Of a stretch of DNA of 64,000 nucleotides, positions 27,645-37,040 are shown one piece after another. This DNA comes from an uncultured Acidobacteriota bacterium (GTDB lineage: Bacteria > Acidobacteriota > Terriglobia > Acidiferrales > UBA7541). The stretch lies in NCBI GenBank assembly GCA_963718485.1, contig CAVQZU010000130.1, forward strand, positions 115,035-179,034, given 5' to 3'. The position numbers and the translations under genes were made by a program. The notes under the pieces were generated by a model, which saw nothing but the letters and a program-made list of their open reading frames with translations, made no database searches and was not told where the DNA came from. The first letter of the stretch is position 1. Each line of letters opens with the position of its first letter.

Positions 27645-29296
27645 CGGCTGGTTTTGGGAGCAGGTCCGGCGCCGAGGGTCTCGACCATTGCGGTGGCCAT
27701 GGCGTCGAGAGCGCTGGTTGCATCGCTGCCATGTTGCGTGTTGTTGTTGACGAAAACCGAGAAGACCAAATACTCTCCGCGCGCCGTAGTAGCGTATCCG
27801 GAAAGCGCTCGGGCGTGGTCGGCAGCGCCCGTTTTGGCCTCAACCAATCCGGCCGCCGCCGTATTCATCATCCGATATTGGAGTGTGCCATCGACACCGG
27901 CGAGCGGCAGCGTAGAGAGAAACGCCGGGCCCCAGGATTGCCGGGCCACGTAGGCCAACAAGGTCGCGGCCGCGCGGGGCGTCACCAGATCATCGCGCGC
28001 GAGCCCGGAACCATCCGAGAGCACGACATCGCCGTCGGCAACGCCGGCGACCTTGAGAAAATCTTTTTGGGCCTTCAGGCCGGCGGCCGTCGAGCCGACG
28101 CCCAGTTTTTCGCGCCCGACCGTTCGCAGCAGCAATTCCGCGTGAAGATTCTGGCTGACCTTGTTGGTGACGCGGACAATCTCTATCAGAGGCTGCGAAA
28201 GATGTTCTGCCAGCGCGGTCGAGTTTCCCGGGCTGCGCGGCGGATCAGCCGGAGTTAGAATCGGCTCGCCCGCGGCCGTCGTCCGCGGTGGCGCGCCATG
28301 CTGAACGCGAATTCCCCCCGCCACACGCACTCCGCGCATCTCCAGGAGCGCCTTGAGTTCACCCGCGGCGGCGCGGGCGGGGTCGGGCATCGCGAGATCA
28401 ATCCGCATCGGGGCATGGCCCGGCGATATGGCGCCGCGCAGCAGCAAGAAGTTTGTGCCCGGTTGCCGCACCACGGCGAAATCGGATTGGTCACTGGAGG
28501 GAACCATCGCAAGCTCTGTGCCGAAGGTATTGGTCGCAGACGCCGGGTCCACAGTAATTGCCGGCGGATCACCGGTGCCAGCCCCGGGCCGCATCTCAAT
28601 CGAAAGGGTGTTGTCATTGAAGGCAATGGCGCTCACCGGTGCCCCGAAGCGGAAGAACAAGTCGCCGACGCTCCATCCTTCGGGGTAGGGATCGTATGGA
28701 AAATAGCTGTCATCGGCGACAACATCACCGTCGATTTCCCTGAGCCCCCTGGCCACGGCCGCATCGGCCATCTCCGCAAGCACTTTGTCGACCGGGCCCT
28801 CGGTGTCGGATTTCTTGTCGTAAGGGAATTTGCGGTTGGAGAGATCGGGATCGCCGCGACCAACCAATATCAGGTCGCCGCTCAGACGCCCGTCGCCCCC
28901 GAGAGCCGTCTGCGACTCAAGTGTGGTGCGAAAACGGTAGTCTGGCCCAAGAGTGGTGAGAGCCAAAGCGGTTGTAAAAATCTTCGCGTTCGAAGCGGGA
29001 GTAAAAAAGTGATCTTCATTCAACGAATACAAGATTTCGCCCGTGTCCCGGTCCTCCACCAGGACTCCCCAATAGCCCTTTTGGGGATGCGCGCCGCCCA
29101 GCAGTTCATCGACTCGGGCCCGGAATTTCAAAACATCGGACCGCACCGTGGAATGCGGGGCAGGATCGGTTCGCGCCGCGGAAGATTTCTGCGCCCTACA
29201 TGGACGCGCCCCAATCGTCCCCACGGTCAGGCACAGTGCCACACCAGCCCCGAGCGACCGGGTTCTGCCCCACCTAAACGTCCCAAAGGCCATCAT
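27641..29296 (-). CDS. dacB: D-alanyl-D-alanine carboxypeptidase/endopeptidase (PBP4, S13 family)
   Basis: SxxK motif PASNAKIFT, a signal peptide, ...LSDGSGLARDD..., and ...KTGA... near the C-terminus. The ATG at 29296 lies just inside the TTG start of the track ORF. Confidence 0.85.
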   Translation of the reverse strand: MMAFGTFRWGRTRSLGAGVALCLTVGTIGARPCRAQKSSAARTDPAPHSTVRSDVLKFRARVDELLGGAHPQKGYWGVLVEDRDTGEILYSLNEDHFFTPASNAKIFTTALALTTLGPDYRFRTTLESQTALGGDGRLSGDLILVGRGDPDLSNRKFPYDKKSDTEGPVDKVLAEMADAAVARGLREIDGDVVADDSYFPYDPYPEGWSVGDLFFRFGAPVSAIAFNDNTLSIEMRPGAGTGDPPAITVDPASATNTFGTELAMVPSSDQSDFAVVRQPGTNFLLLRGAISPGHAPMRIDLAMPDPARAAAGELKALLEMRGVRVAGGIRVQHGAPPRTTAAGEPILTPADPPRSPGNSTALAEHLSQPLIEIVRVTNKVSQNLHAELLLRTVGREKLGVGSTAAGLKAQKDFLKVAGVADGDVVLSDGSGLARDDLVTPRAAATLLAYVARQSWGPAFLSTLPLAGVDGTLQYRMMNTAAAGLVEAKTGAADHARALSGYATTARGEYLVFSVFVNNNTQHGSDATSALDAMATAMVETLGAGPAPKTSR

Positions 29297-29425
29297 AGGT
29301 CTTGGCAATGTGATGTAACACGCCGATTATATGGCAACATCGGTCGCCGCGCTCCCTAACGGCTGATGCTGTTGCGCTGTATCGGCAAAAACCCATATGA
29401 TGAAGTACGAATAAGGAGGCACGAC

Positions 29426-30136
29426 ATGAAGAAGTTCTGCTCTTGGCTGCTCCCCACGACCTTGATCGTTCTGCCATTCCTTTTCACTCCCTCTCCGGCG
29501 CGAGGCGACAAGGAGGCCGACCGGCTCGAGAACGCCGGGACGGTCATGAAGGAAATTATCGACATACCAGATGACATTCCTCAGAGCCTGCTCGATAAGG
29601 CCGATTGCGTCATCGTCATTCCCTCGGTGCTCAAGGCCGCGTTTATCATCGGCGGCAGCTACGGCCGCGGCGCCATGACCTGCCGCAGCGGCGACGACTT
29701 CAACGGTCCCTGGGGCGCGCCTACGATGATGGCGCTCGAGGGCGGCAGTTTTGGATTCCAGTTGGGGGGCCAGGCCACCGACTTTGTTTTACTGGTTATG
29801 AATCCTCGCGGCGCAAGCTCGATCCTCAGCAGCAAAGTGAAGCTTGGCGCCGACGCCGCCGCCGCTGCTGGCCCCAAGGGACGAGACGCCCAGGCCGATA
29901 CCGACGTAACCCTCCGCGCCGAAGTGCTTACCTACTCGCGTTCACGCGGCCTTTTCGCCGGCGTTTCACTCGAGGGCTCGACGCTGCGTCCCGACAACGA
30001 CGCGAACGAAGCCGTTTACCACAAGAAAATGGACGCCAAGGAAATCGTGCTGCACAATGCAGTGCCGGTTCCAGCCACGGCAAAACTGCTCATCGACACG
30101 CTCACGCAACACAGTCCCAAAAACCTCTCCAAATAA
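29426..30136 (+). CDS. Exported SYLF/Ysc84-like (DUF500) lipid-binding domain protein
   Basis: Signal peptide, then ...DCVIVIPSVLKAAFIIGGSYGRGAM...GGSFGFQLGGQATDFVLLVMN...LGADAAAAAGPKGR... AAGGAGG RBS before the ATG at 29426. Confidence 0.7.
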   Translation: MKKFCSWLLPTTLIVLPFLFTPSPARGDKEADRLENAGTVMKEIIDIPDDIPQSLLDKADCVIVIPSVLKAAFIIGGSYGRGAMTCRSGDDFNGPWGAPTMMALEGGSFGFQLGGQATDFVLLVMNPRGASSILSSKVKLGADAAAAAGPKGRDAQADTDVTLRAEVLTYSRSRGLFAGVSLEGSTLRPDNDANEAVYHKKMDAKEIVLHNAVPVPATAKLLIDTLTQHSPKNLSK

Positions 30137-30233
30137 CAGTGGCTGGCTCGACAGCAGGAAACAGCCGCTATGGCGCAGGGAGGCAGGGATCGTTCAATGT
30201 TGACCACTGCCCAACTATGACTTATAGTCGATT

Positions 30234-30932
30234 ATGGCTATCGGTCATGATGTAACCCCAAGGCCTCCCCGAGCGCCGCGCCGCGTCCCGTTTCCCGCCA
30301 CCCGCCGCGAGCGTCATCGCGCGGAAACACGCGAGCGTCTGTTCCGCGCGGCCCTTCAGCTCTTCGCCGAACGCGGCTACCTGGAGACAACCGTCGAAGA
30401 CATTACCGACGCAGCTGACGTCGGCAAGGGAACCTTCTTTAACTATTTTCCGACCAAAGAACATGTGCTCGCGACCTTTGGGGACGAACGCGTTGCGGTG
30501 ATCGAACGCGCCGCCGAAAAGGCCCGCAAGACCAAAGGTCCGGTTCTTCCCGTCATCAAGAACCTGGCGACTTATCTCGCGGGGTTGTCTTCAGAAAGCC
30601 CGGCGCTACTTCGTTCGATTTACGCCGTCAATGCGTCCTGCACCCCGGTGCGGGTCGAGATGCAGAAGAGAATCCATGCCGCCCGCCGCCTGATGAGCGG
30701 GATGTTCGCCATCGCCCAGCAGCGGGGCGAAATTCGCCGTGACCTTTCGGCAGCGGATCTTGCGCGGCTCACGCAACTGGTATTTCACGGAGTGACCCTC
30801 GCCTGGGCGTTGTGCCCCGATCCGGGCCTGCTCGAAACCACCGAAGCGGTATGGGACCTGATGACTCCGGCTTTTACTCTTTCTGCGGCGCGGACCATCA
30901 AACCGCAGCGAAAAAAGGACCACCTCCAATGA
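30234..30932 (+). CDS. TetR-family transcriptional regulator
   Basis: HTH region RERLFRAALQLFAERGYLETTVEDITDAADVGKGTFFNYFPTKEHVL. Confidence 0.8.
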   Translation: MAIGHDVTPRPPRAPRRVPFPATRRERHRAETRERLFRAALQLFAERGYLETTVEDITDAADVGKGTFFNYFPTKEHVLATFGDERVAVIERAAEKARKTKGPVLPVIKNLATYLAGLSSESPALLRSIYAVNASCTPVRVEMQKRIHAARRLMSGMFAIAQQRGEIRRDLSAADLARLTQLVFHGVTLAWALCPDPGLLETTEAVWDLMTPAFTLSAARTIKPQRKKDHLQ

Positions 30933-30942
30933 GGATTTCCGG

Positions 30943-32514
30943 ATGATGCGTGCGCATTTAATTGAGTCTTCCCACTGCCGGGCTTCATCCAACCCCACGA
31001 GGGTGACCGGGGGCAAATCTTTGGCGCAGGGTCGGAAATTTCTGTGGGCTCTTCTGTTTATCTGGGGGGCCTTCGGGGCGGCATCGCTCCGGGCGCAAAC
31101 CAGTTCCGGCGCGGCCTCGCCATCGGGCGCATCGAGTGGCGGGTCTTCTTCTCCATCGGCTCCCGCAGCTAGCTCCGCAGCATCGGCGCCGACACCGCAG
31201 GGCGGAGATTTCTCGGGCAGCGTACCCGGCCAGCCTGTTCCTGGAGTTTTGCCTCTTTCGCTGCAGGAGGCGATTGACCGGGGACTGAAGCAGAACCTCG
31301 GGCTACTGCTTTCCAGTTCAGACGTTGGCAGCGCCCGCGGACAGCGCTGGCAACAGTTGAGCGCGCTTTTGCCGCACATTGATCTCCAGCCCTATGGGGA
31401 TGTTTCGCAGGTAAACCTTGCCGAATTTGGCTTTACCTTTCATTTTCCGGGAATCAACATTCCCACGGTTGTAGGTCCGTTTTCCTACTTCGATGCCCGC
31501 GCCTATTTGACGCAGTCGCTTCTTGATGTCAAATCGCTCGACAACACGCGAGCCGCGTCTGAACGCATCAAGTCAGCGCAATACACGTATAAGGACGCCC
31601 GCGACCTCGTCGTTTTGACCGTAGGCTACGCATACCTGCAGTCCATCGCGGATGAAGCGCTGATTGAATCGGTCAGCGCCCAGGTAAACACGGCGCAGGC
31701 GCTCTATAACCAGGCGAACGACCAGGTGCAGGCGGGAACGTCGCCCGCAATCGATGCTCTCCGCGCCCATGTGGAGTTGCAGACTCGCCAGCAGCAGCTC
31801 ATCCAGAGCAAGAATGACTTCGCCATTCAGAAGCTTTCTTTGGCGCGCATCATCGGTTTGGCTCCGGGCCAGCAATTCGATTTGACCGACAAATCGCCTT
31901 ACCAGCCGCTGCAAGCTCTGGGCATCGATGAAGCGCTTAAGCAAGCGTATGCGTCGCGATCGGACTTTCAAGCAGCCCTCGCCAATGTCCGCGCTGCCGA
32001 ATACGCCCGCCGTGCAGCCACCGCAGGGTATTACCCGACCATCTCTTTCAGCTCGGACTACGGGGTCGCGGGCCAGCACTTCAGTTCCAATCACGGTGTC
32101 TTCGACGTCCGCGGCACTCTGACCATTCCGATCTTTGAGGGCGGCATCGTTCATGGGGACGTGCTCGAAGCCGAGGCCCAGCTGCAGCAGGCACGCGACC
32201 GCGTGGACAATCTGCGCGGCCAGATCGACGCCGATGTGCGTGTCGCGCTGCTCAACCTCGAGTCAGCGTCCGAACAAGTCTCGGTCGCTCAAAGCAACAT
32301 CGATCTCGCCGAACAGAGCCTCACCCAGTCGCGCGATCGCTTTGTCGCCGGTGTGACCGATACGGTCGAAGTTGTACAGGCGCAGGAAACGGTGGCGACC
32401 GCACACCAGTCCTACATCTCCAGCCTCTATTCGTTTAACTACGCGAAGATTTCGCTTGCCCGTGCCATGGGCGCGGCCGAGCAAGGCGTGAAGGAATATT
32501 TCAAAGGAAAATAA
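30943..32514 (+). CDS. TolC-family outer-membrane efflux protein
   Basis: Two OEP repeats (e.g. LSLQEAIDRGLKQNLGL..., ...YYPTISFSSDYG...). Signal-like N-terminus with a Ser/Ala-rich linker. Confidence 0.85.
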   Translation: MMRAHLIESSHCRASSNPTRVTGGKSLAQGRKFLWALLFIWGAFGAASLRAQTSSGAASPSGASSGGSSSPSAPAASSAASAPTPQGGDFSGSVPGQPVPGVLPLSLQEAIDRGLKQNLGLLLSSSDVGSARGQRWQQLSALLPHIDLQPYGDVSQVNLAEFGFTFHFPGINIPTVVGPFSYFDARAYLTQSLLDVKSLDNTRAASERIKSAQYTYKDARDLVVLTVGYAYLQSIADEALIESVSAQVNTAQALYNQANDQVQAGTSPAIDALRAHVELQTRQQQLIQSKNDFAIQKLSLARIIGLAPGQQFDLTDKSPYQPLQALGIDEALKQAYASRSDFQAALANVRAAEYARRAATAGYYPTISFSSDYGVAGQHFSSNHGVFDVRGTLTIPIFEGGIVHGDVLEAEAQLQQARDRVDNLRGQIDADVRVALLNLESASEQVSVAQSNIDLAEQSLTQSRDRFVAGVTDTVEVVQAQETVATAHQSYISSLYSFNYAKISLARAMGAAEQGVKEYFKGK

Positions 32515-32515
32515 G

Positions 32516-33784
32516 ATGGCACAGAGATCTGAAGTCGAGGCACCGCCCGCACCGGCACAAAATACCGCCGTCTCGGAAACGCACTCGGCGGTTCCGCCTC
32601 CTGCCTACCGGGAGAGTTTTTTTCGCTCTCGGCCCTATGCGCGCGTCATTCTGATCATTGCCATTATCGTTTTGCTGGTGGGAGGGTTCTTCGCCTACCG
32701 CTACTTTTCGAGTTACGAATCAACCGACGACGCGCAGGTCGACGGCCATCTGATGCCGCTGAGCGCCCGCATTTCAGGCTACATCATCGACGTAAACGTG
32801 GATGATAACCAGTACGTGCAGAAGGGGGCCGTCCTGGCCAGGATTGATCCGCGGGACTACCAGGTCGCGCTCGAAAAGGCCCAGGCAGACCTGTCAGACG
32901 CGCAAGCCACCGCGAAATCGATCACTATCAACGTGCCCATCACCTCGATCAACACCACGAGTCAGGTTTCTGTGTCCCAGGCGGACGTCGAGAATGCCGA
33001 GGCCGGCATTTCCGGCGCTCAGCAGCAATTCGACGCCGCCCAAGCCCAGCTCGCGCAAGCCCAGGCGAATAATCTAAAAGCGCAGCAAGATCTGGTTCGA
33101 TATAAACAGCTCGTCGACAAGCAGGAAATTTCGCAGCAGACCTATGACCAGGCCGTCGCGCAAGCCAACGCCAATAGTGCGGCCGTGAATGCGGCGCGCT
33201 CTTCGGCCTCCGCGGCCGAGCAGCAAGTGCATCAAGCCCGCGCCAAGCTGCTACAGTCCCAAGCCAATTTTCGGGCCTCGCAGACCGGTCCGCAGCAAGT
33301 AGCCCAGACCCGCGCGCGCGCGCAGTCCGCCGAAGCCACCGCTCTGCAGAAACAATCGGAGCTCGATCAGGCCAAACTCAACTTGCAATATACGAACATC
33401 ACCGCTCCGATCGAAGGCACCGTGATGAAAAACGCGGAAGTGGGAATGAATGTTCAGCCCGGCCAGCAATTGTTCAGCGTCGTTCCGCTGTCGGATATCT
33501 GGGTCACGGCAAATTTCAAGGAGACACAGCTGAAATATATGCGACCTGGACAGCGGGCCGAAATCCATGTCGACGCCAACGGCCGGACCTACAAGGGCCA
33601 CGTAGACAGCTTCGCGGGCTCAAGCGGTGCGCGACTTAGCTTGCTTCCTCCCGAGAACGCAACTGGAAATTATGTGAAGGTCGTGCAGCGCATTCCCGTC
33701 AAGATCGTTCTGGAACAGGGCGAGAACAGCGATCATATGCTCCGGCTGGGCATGTCGGTCGAGCCCAAGGTTTTCGTGAAGTAA
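32516..33784 (+). CDS. HlyD/EmrA-type membrane fusion protein
   Basis: N-terminal TM helix, TDDAQVDGHLMPLSARISGYI, a long coiled coil, then YTNITAPIEGTV and ...NYVKVVQRIPVKI. The start lies 1 nt after the TolC stop. Confidence 0.85.
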   Translation: MAQRSEVEAPPAPAQNTAVSETHSAVPPPAYRESFFRSRPYARVILIIAIIVLLVGGFFAYRYFSSYESTDDAQVDGHLMPLSARISGYIIDVNVDDNQYVQKGAVLARIDPRDYQVALEKAQADLSDAQATAKSITINVPITSINTTSQVSVSQADVENAEAGISGAQQQFDAAQAQLAQAQANNLKAQQDLVRYKQLVDKQEISQQTYDQAVAQANANSAAVNAARSSASAAEQQVHQARAKLLQSQANFRASQTGPQQVAQTRARAQSAEATALQKQSELDQAKLNLQYTNITAPIEGTVMKNAEVGMNVQPGQQLFSVVPLSDIWVTANFKETQLKYMRPGQRAEIHVDANGRTYKGHVDSFAGSSGARLSLLPPENATGNYVKVVQRIPVKIVLEQGENSDHMLRLGMSVEPKVFVK

Positions 33785-34013
33785 CCCGTCTCACGCGCCC
33801 CAGCCTGCGCTGTCTGGTCGCCTGAAGAGGTCCCTCCTTTTTCAAGCCTCGGGCCGTACCCTGAGACATTCCAGTGGTCTCCACTTGAAACCCTGGCCCG
33901 GCAGAGGTATCTTCGGGGAACTGAGGAAGGGTCTGGCCGCTCGGATTGGGCGGGGCGAATGAGCGTGAGGATCAGTCCTACCTGAAGGCGCAATCGAAGC
34001 GGGCGAGGCGCAA

Positions 34014-34148
34014 GTGATTATCCTGAACGTGGACGGGCAGCCAGTAGCATGTCGATGTGCCCGGTGATACTTCTTTGCTTGGGTGATACGCGAGACAGTC
34101 GGCTTGATGGGGACCAAGTTCGGCTGCGGCCTTGCTCAGTGCGGCGCG
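34014..34148 (+). pseudogene. 5' fragment of a (2Fe-2S)-binding small-subunit gene (IorA/CoxS-like), frameshifted and truncated
   Basis: GTG then IILNVDGQPV / HVDVPGDTSLL / WVIRETVGLMGTKFGCGLAQCGA spread over frames. Similarity stops right after CGA, where CGACTV would be expected. Confidence 0.5.
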
Positions 34149-34204
34149 TCCCAATTCTTCCAGAGGCGCTCAGACCAGCCTGAGCTATCCAAAAGGAGAC
34201 CCCA

Positions 34205-34852
34205 ATGCCTGTTCGCATTATTACCGTGGAACGCGAATACGGGAGTGGCGGAGCGGCCATCGCTCAGGCTCTCGCTGAGCGTCTGGGATGGAACCTTTGG
34301 GACCGCGATTTGACGACGGAGATAGCCCGCGTCGCAAACGTCGATCAACGGGCGGCCATGCGTTGTGATGAGCGCGTGGATACCTTGCTGTATCGTCTTT
34401 TCAAGGTTTACGCACGCGGCAGTTACGAGAGGTCGCTTCCCATCGGCGAACGCAGAGCCTTTGACACTGACTGCATGGTCGAGACGCTGCACAATGTCGT
34501 CGAAGATGTTGCTTCGCGTGGCAAGTGCGTTATCGTCGGACGCGGTTCGGCATATTTCCTCCGCAACCGCCGTGACGCTTTCCACATCTTCACCTATGCC
34601 CCTCTCGATGAAAAAATCCGTCGGCTGAAATCAATCGGCAAGTCCGAAAAGGAAGCCCTTCAGCTCATCAACGAGATCGACCGCGAGCGCGCCTCGTTCA
34701 TTCGCCATTATTTCAACGCCGAGTGGCCCAACCGCGCGCTTTACGATTTGATGATCAACACCAAGGCCGGCGATGAATACGTAGTGGAAATGGTTCAGCA
34801 GCATATCGCGGCCCTCGAGAAAATCGCACTGCCGCAGTCAGCCACCGCCTGA
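34205..34852 (+). CDS. Cytidylate-kinase-like family protein
   Basis: IITVEREYGSGGAAIAQALAERLGW...CVIVGRGSAYFL...ERASFIRHYF... AAAGGAG RBS. Confidence 0.7.
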   Translation: MPVRIITVEREYGSGGAAIAQALAERLGWNLWDRDLTTEIARVANVDQRAAMRCDERVDTLLYRLFKVYARGSYERSLPIGERRAFDTDCMVETLHNVVEDVASRGKCVIVGRGSAYFLRNRRDAFHIFTYAPLDEKIRRLKSIGKSEKEALQLINEIDRERASFIRHYFNAEWPNRALYDLMINTKAGDEYVVEMVQQHIAALEKIALPQSATA

Positions 34853-34998
34853 CAGGCCAGTTATTCCCACGGCGCAAGCGGTGCCCCGGCCTTGCTTCGG
34901 GCCTTGTTTCGCACCGGCCGATCCCCTTGCTGATCAATTCAGATTCCCGTACTCTGGATTTTCCACCGATATTGCCACGCAGGACCGAAAGGAGCTCG

Positions 34999-35637
34999 AT
35001 GGCCTGTCCGATTTGCGAGAAGCGCCCGCCGAAGCGGTTTTGTCCCGCTATGGGCGAGAAAATTTGCCCCATCTGCTGTGGCCAGCAGCGCGAGGTTACG
35101 ATCGACTGCCCGTTCGATTGCCCCCATCTGATGACCGCCCGGCGCTATGAGGCGGAGCATCGCAAACCCCTTTCCGCGGACGAATTCCCCTATCGCGACA
35201 TCGAATTCCCCGCCGACTTTGTCTACGAGCACTGGCCCGTAGTTACCAATATCGCGAGCGCCATTCTTGACTTTCAAATGCGGCACCGGGAGCTGAACGA
35301 CAACTCCAGTTATGAGGCCCTTGAAAGTTTGGCCGAAACCTATCGCACGCTTGGCACCGGAATTTATTACGAGCGGCCGCCGGTTTCACCCGTTGCTCGC
35401 GCCCTCTATGGGGTTCTCGCAGAGTCGGTCGAGAATTTCCGCAGGCAGGAAACCGAACGCACGCGAGTGGCGCTAAAAGAATCAGACGTGTTCCGGCTGC
35501 TCGTTTTTCTCCTGCGGATCTGCAAGCAGCATACCAACCGACGTTCGCGCTCCCGCGCTTTTCTTGATTTCCTGCGCTCCCGTTTTCCGCTCCCGCAGTC
35601 GGTGCCCCAAGAAACGTCCCGCATTATCATGCCCTAG
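34999..35637 (+). CDS. Cys-rich conserved hypothetical protein (putative zinc-binding N-terminus)
   Basis: MACPICEKRPPKRFCPAMGEKICPICCGQQREVTIDCPFDCPHL, followed by a helical domain. AAAGGAG RBS before the ATG at 34999. Confidence 0.55.
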   Translation: MACPICEKRPPKRFCPAMGEKICPICCGQQREVTIDCPFDCPHLMTARRYEAEHRKPLSADEFPYRDIEFPADFVYEHWPVVTNIASAILDFQMRHRELNDNSSYEALESLAETYRTLGTGIYYERPPVSPVARALYGVLAESVENFRRQETERTRVALKESDVFRLLVFLLRICKQHTNRRSRSRAFLDFLRSRFPLPQSVPQETSRIIMP

Positions 35638-35889
35638 AATTTGCCCCCGCCTCACCCGAGGTGCATGCTCTTGGCCGCGCTCGGGTCCTGCGGCGGAAAG
35701 TGGCGGCCGGCCCGCCGCAAACGCCGCCAGACATGCCAGCGCGAAGAGTACGGTGAGTATCGAAACGGTGCTGAGTCTCACTCCCCGCGTCGGCTTGGTC
35801 GGTTCGCCAGTTACCGCGCTTCGGACGCCTATCAGGGCCGGCAGTTTGCGGCGGTTTCGCCTCCTTGGTCGTCTTCGAGCCCGCGCCAT
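35482..35889 (-). CDS. Possible small membrane protein coupled to the radical SAM gene (doubtful)
   Basis: The ATG lies 2 nt after the radical SAM stop (GGAGGTTAGACATG). The product is MARARRRPRRRNRRKLPALIG...LSTVSILTVLFALACLAAFAAG..., but the frame only closes after overlapping the convergent gene by about 155 nt. Confidence 0.2.
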   Translation of the reverse strand: MARARRRPRRRNRRKLPALIGVRSAVTGEPTKPTRGVRLSTVSILTVLFALACLAAFAAGRPPLSAAGPERGQEHAPRVRRGQILGHDNAGRFLGHRLRERKTGAQEIKKSAGARTSVGMLLADPQEKNEQPEHV

Positions 35890-35891
35890 GT

Positions 35892-37040
35892 CTAACCTCC
35901 ATTTGCAAATCCCAATGGCAGCTGCGGCGAGTGCCACGCTCGCGAGCCGGTTCGGTCCGGGCGTGAGCCCAGTCCATACTTGAGCCTCAATCTCTCCACC
36001 CGCTCCGCGATTTCCTTGCGATAGTCTTCCGGCGCATTCCCATAACGCCCATACCAGGCGCGGTAGAGCTTCACCTGTTTCGGAAATTTCTCCTCCAGGA
36101 AGGGCACAAACTGTTTTAGCGAAGCCGGCATCAGAAACAGAACGTTCGCCGCGAACCACTGCGCTCCCGCTTCGCTCGCGGCTCGCGCCAGCGCGTCCAG
36201 GTCCTCTTCGCGGTCGGTCAGGCCCGGCAGAACGGGCATCGCCAGCACTCCGGCAGCAATGCCGGCCTGGCGCAGCTTCCGTACCGTATCCAGGCGCAAA
36301 TCGGGCCTGGGAGCACGCGGCTCGAGCATCCGCGCCAGCCTCGTTTTCAATGTGGTGATGCTCAAATTGACGCTCAACGCCGATTTTGCGGAAATCTTCT
36401 GTAGCACATCCATGTCGCGCAGTACTTGATTCGACTTGGTGGTAATCGACAGGCTCAGTCCTTCGCGTTGCGCGATTCTTTCCAGGATCGCGCGCGTGGC
36501 GCCAAATTCCTTCTCCGCCGGTTGATAAGGGTCGGTCGCCGTTCCTATGGCGATGTGCTCGCCCCAAACTTGCTGGGAACTCAAGTCCCGCTCCGCAAGC
36601 GGCCCGGCGTCCTGTTTCACATAGATCTTGGTTTCGAACTCGCCGCCATCGAGCTCCATATACTCGTGCGTGTAACGTGCATAGCAGTACTTGCAGCCAA
36701 ACTCACAACCTCGATAAGGATTTACGGTCCATCGGAACGGCACTCGCTCGGAATGGCACTCGTTTAAGATCGAACGGACCGGAAGGAGAAAATACTCGGT
36801 CCCGCGCTTCGCTTCGGCGCGAGGGGAGGAGGCGGCGAGGCGCGCAATGCCGACCAGATCCGTCGCGGGCTTCGTTCTCCGGTCAGGCACCGGAGGGGGC
36901 GCGGAAGCACCGCTAGGGAGCTCACAGTTGCCGTGGCGAGCGGCTTGGGGGAATAAGGTGAGACTGGTCTGCTTCGCGCGAGGCTCCGTTCGACGCCGAA
37001 GCGTCGCCGGGCTCTGTCGAAGTATGGGAAAAGTGGCCAT
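35892..37040 (-). CDS. Radical SAM protein of the SplB/DNA-repair-photolyase-like group (COG1533 type)
   Basis: WTVNPYRGCEFGCKYCYARYTHEY (CxxxCxxC). The ATG at 37040 was chosen because the longer track ORF overlaps the divergent gene at 37222. Confidence 0.8.
   Translation of the reverse strand: MATFPILRQSPATLRRRTEPRAKQTSLTLFPQAARHGNCELPSGASAPPPVPDRRTKPATDLVGIARLAASSPRAEAKRGTEYFLLPVRSILNECHSERVPFRWTVNPYRGCEFGCKYCYARYTHEYMELDGGEFETKIYVKQDAGPLAERDLSSQQVWGEHIAIGTATDPYQPAEKEFGATRAILERIAQREGLSLSITTKSNQVLRDMDVLQKISAKSALSVNLSITTLKTRLARMLEPRAPRPDLRLDTVRKLRQAGIAAGVLAMPVLPGLTDREEDLDALARAASEAGAQWFAANVLFLMPASLKQFVPFLEEKFPKQVKLYRAWYGRYGNAPEDYRKEIAERVERLRLKYGLGSRPDRTGSRAWHSPQLPLGFANGG

Noticed and set aside
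26968-27843. The 1098-aa version of the mutS2 ORF, and similar long N-terminal extensions of recA (to 52649), thiolase (to 56562), hbd (to 53693), the radical SAM gene (to 37508) and the zinc-ribbon gene (to 55202).
   Set aside because: The extensions are Arg/Pro/Ser-rich with no family similarity. They overlap well-supported neighbouring genes. Internal starts with an RBS reproduce canonical protein lengths. This is high-GC open-frame persistence.
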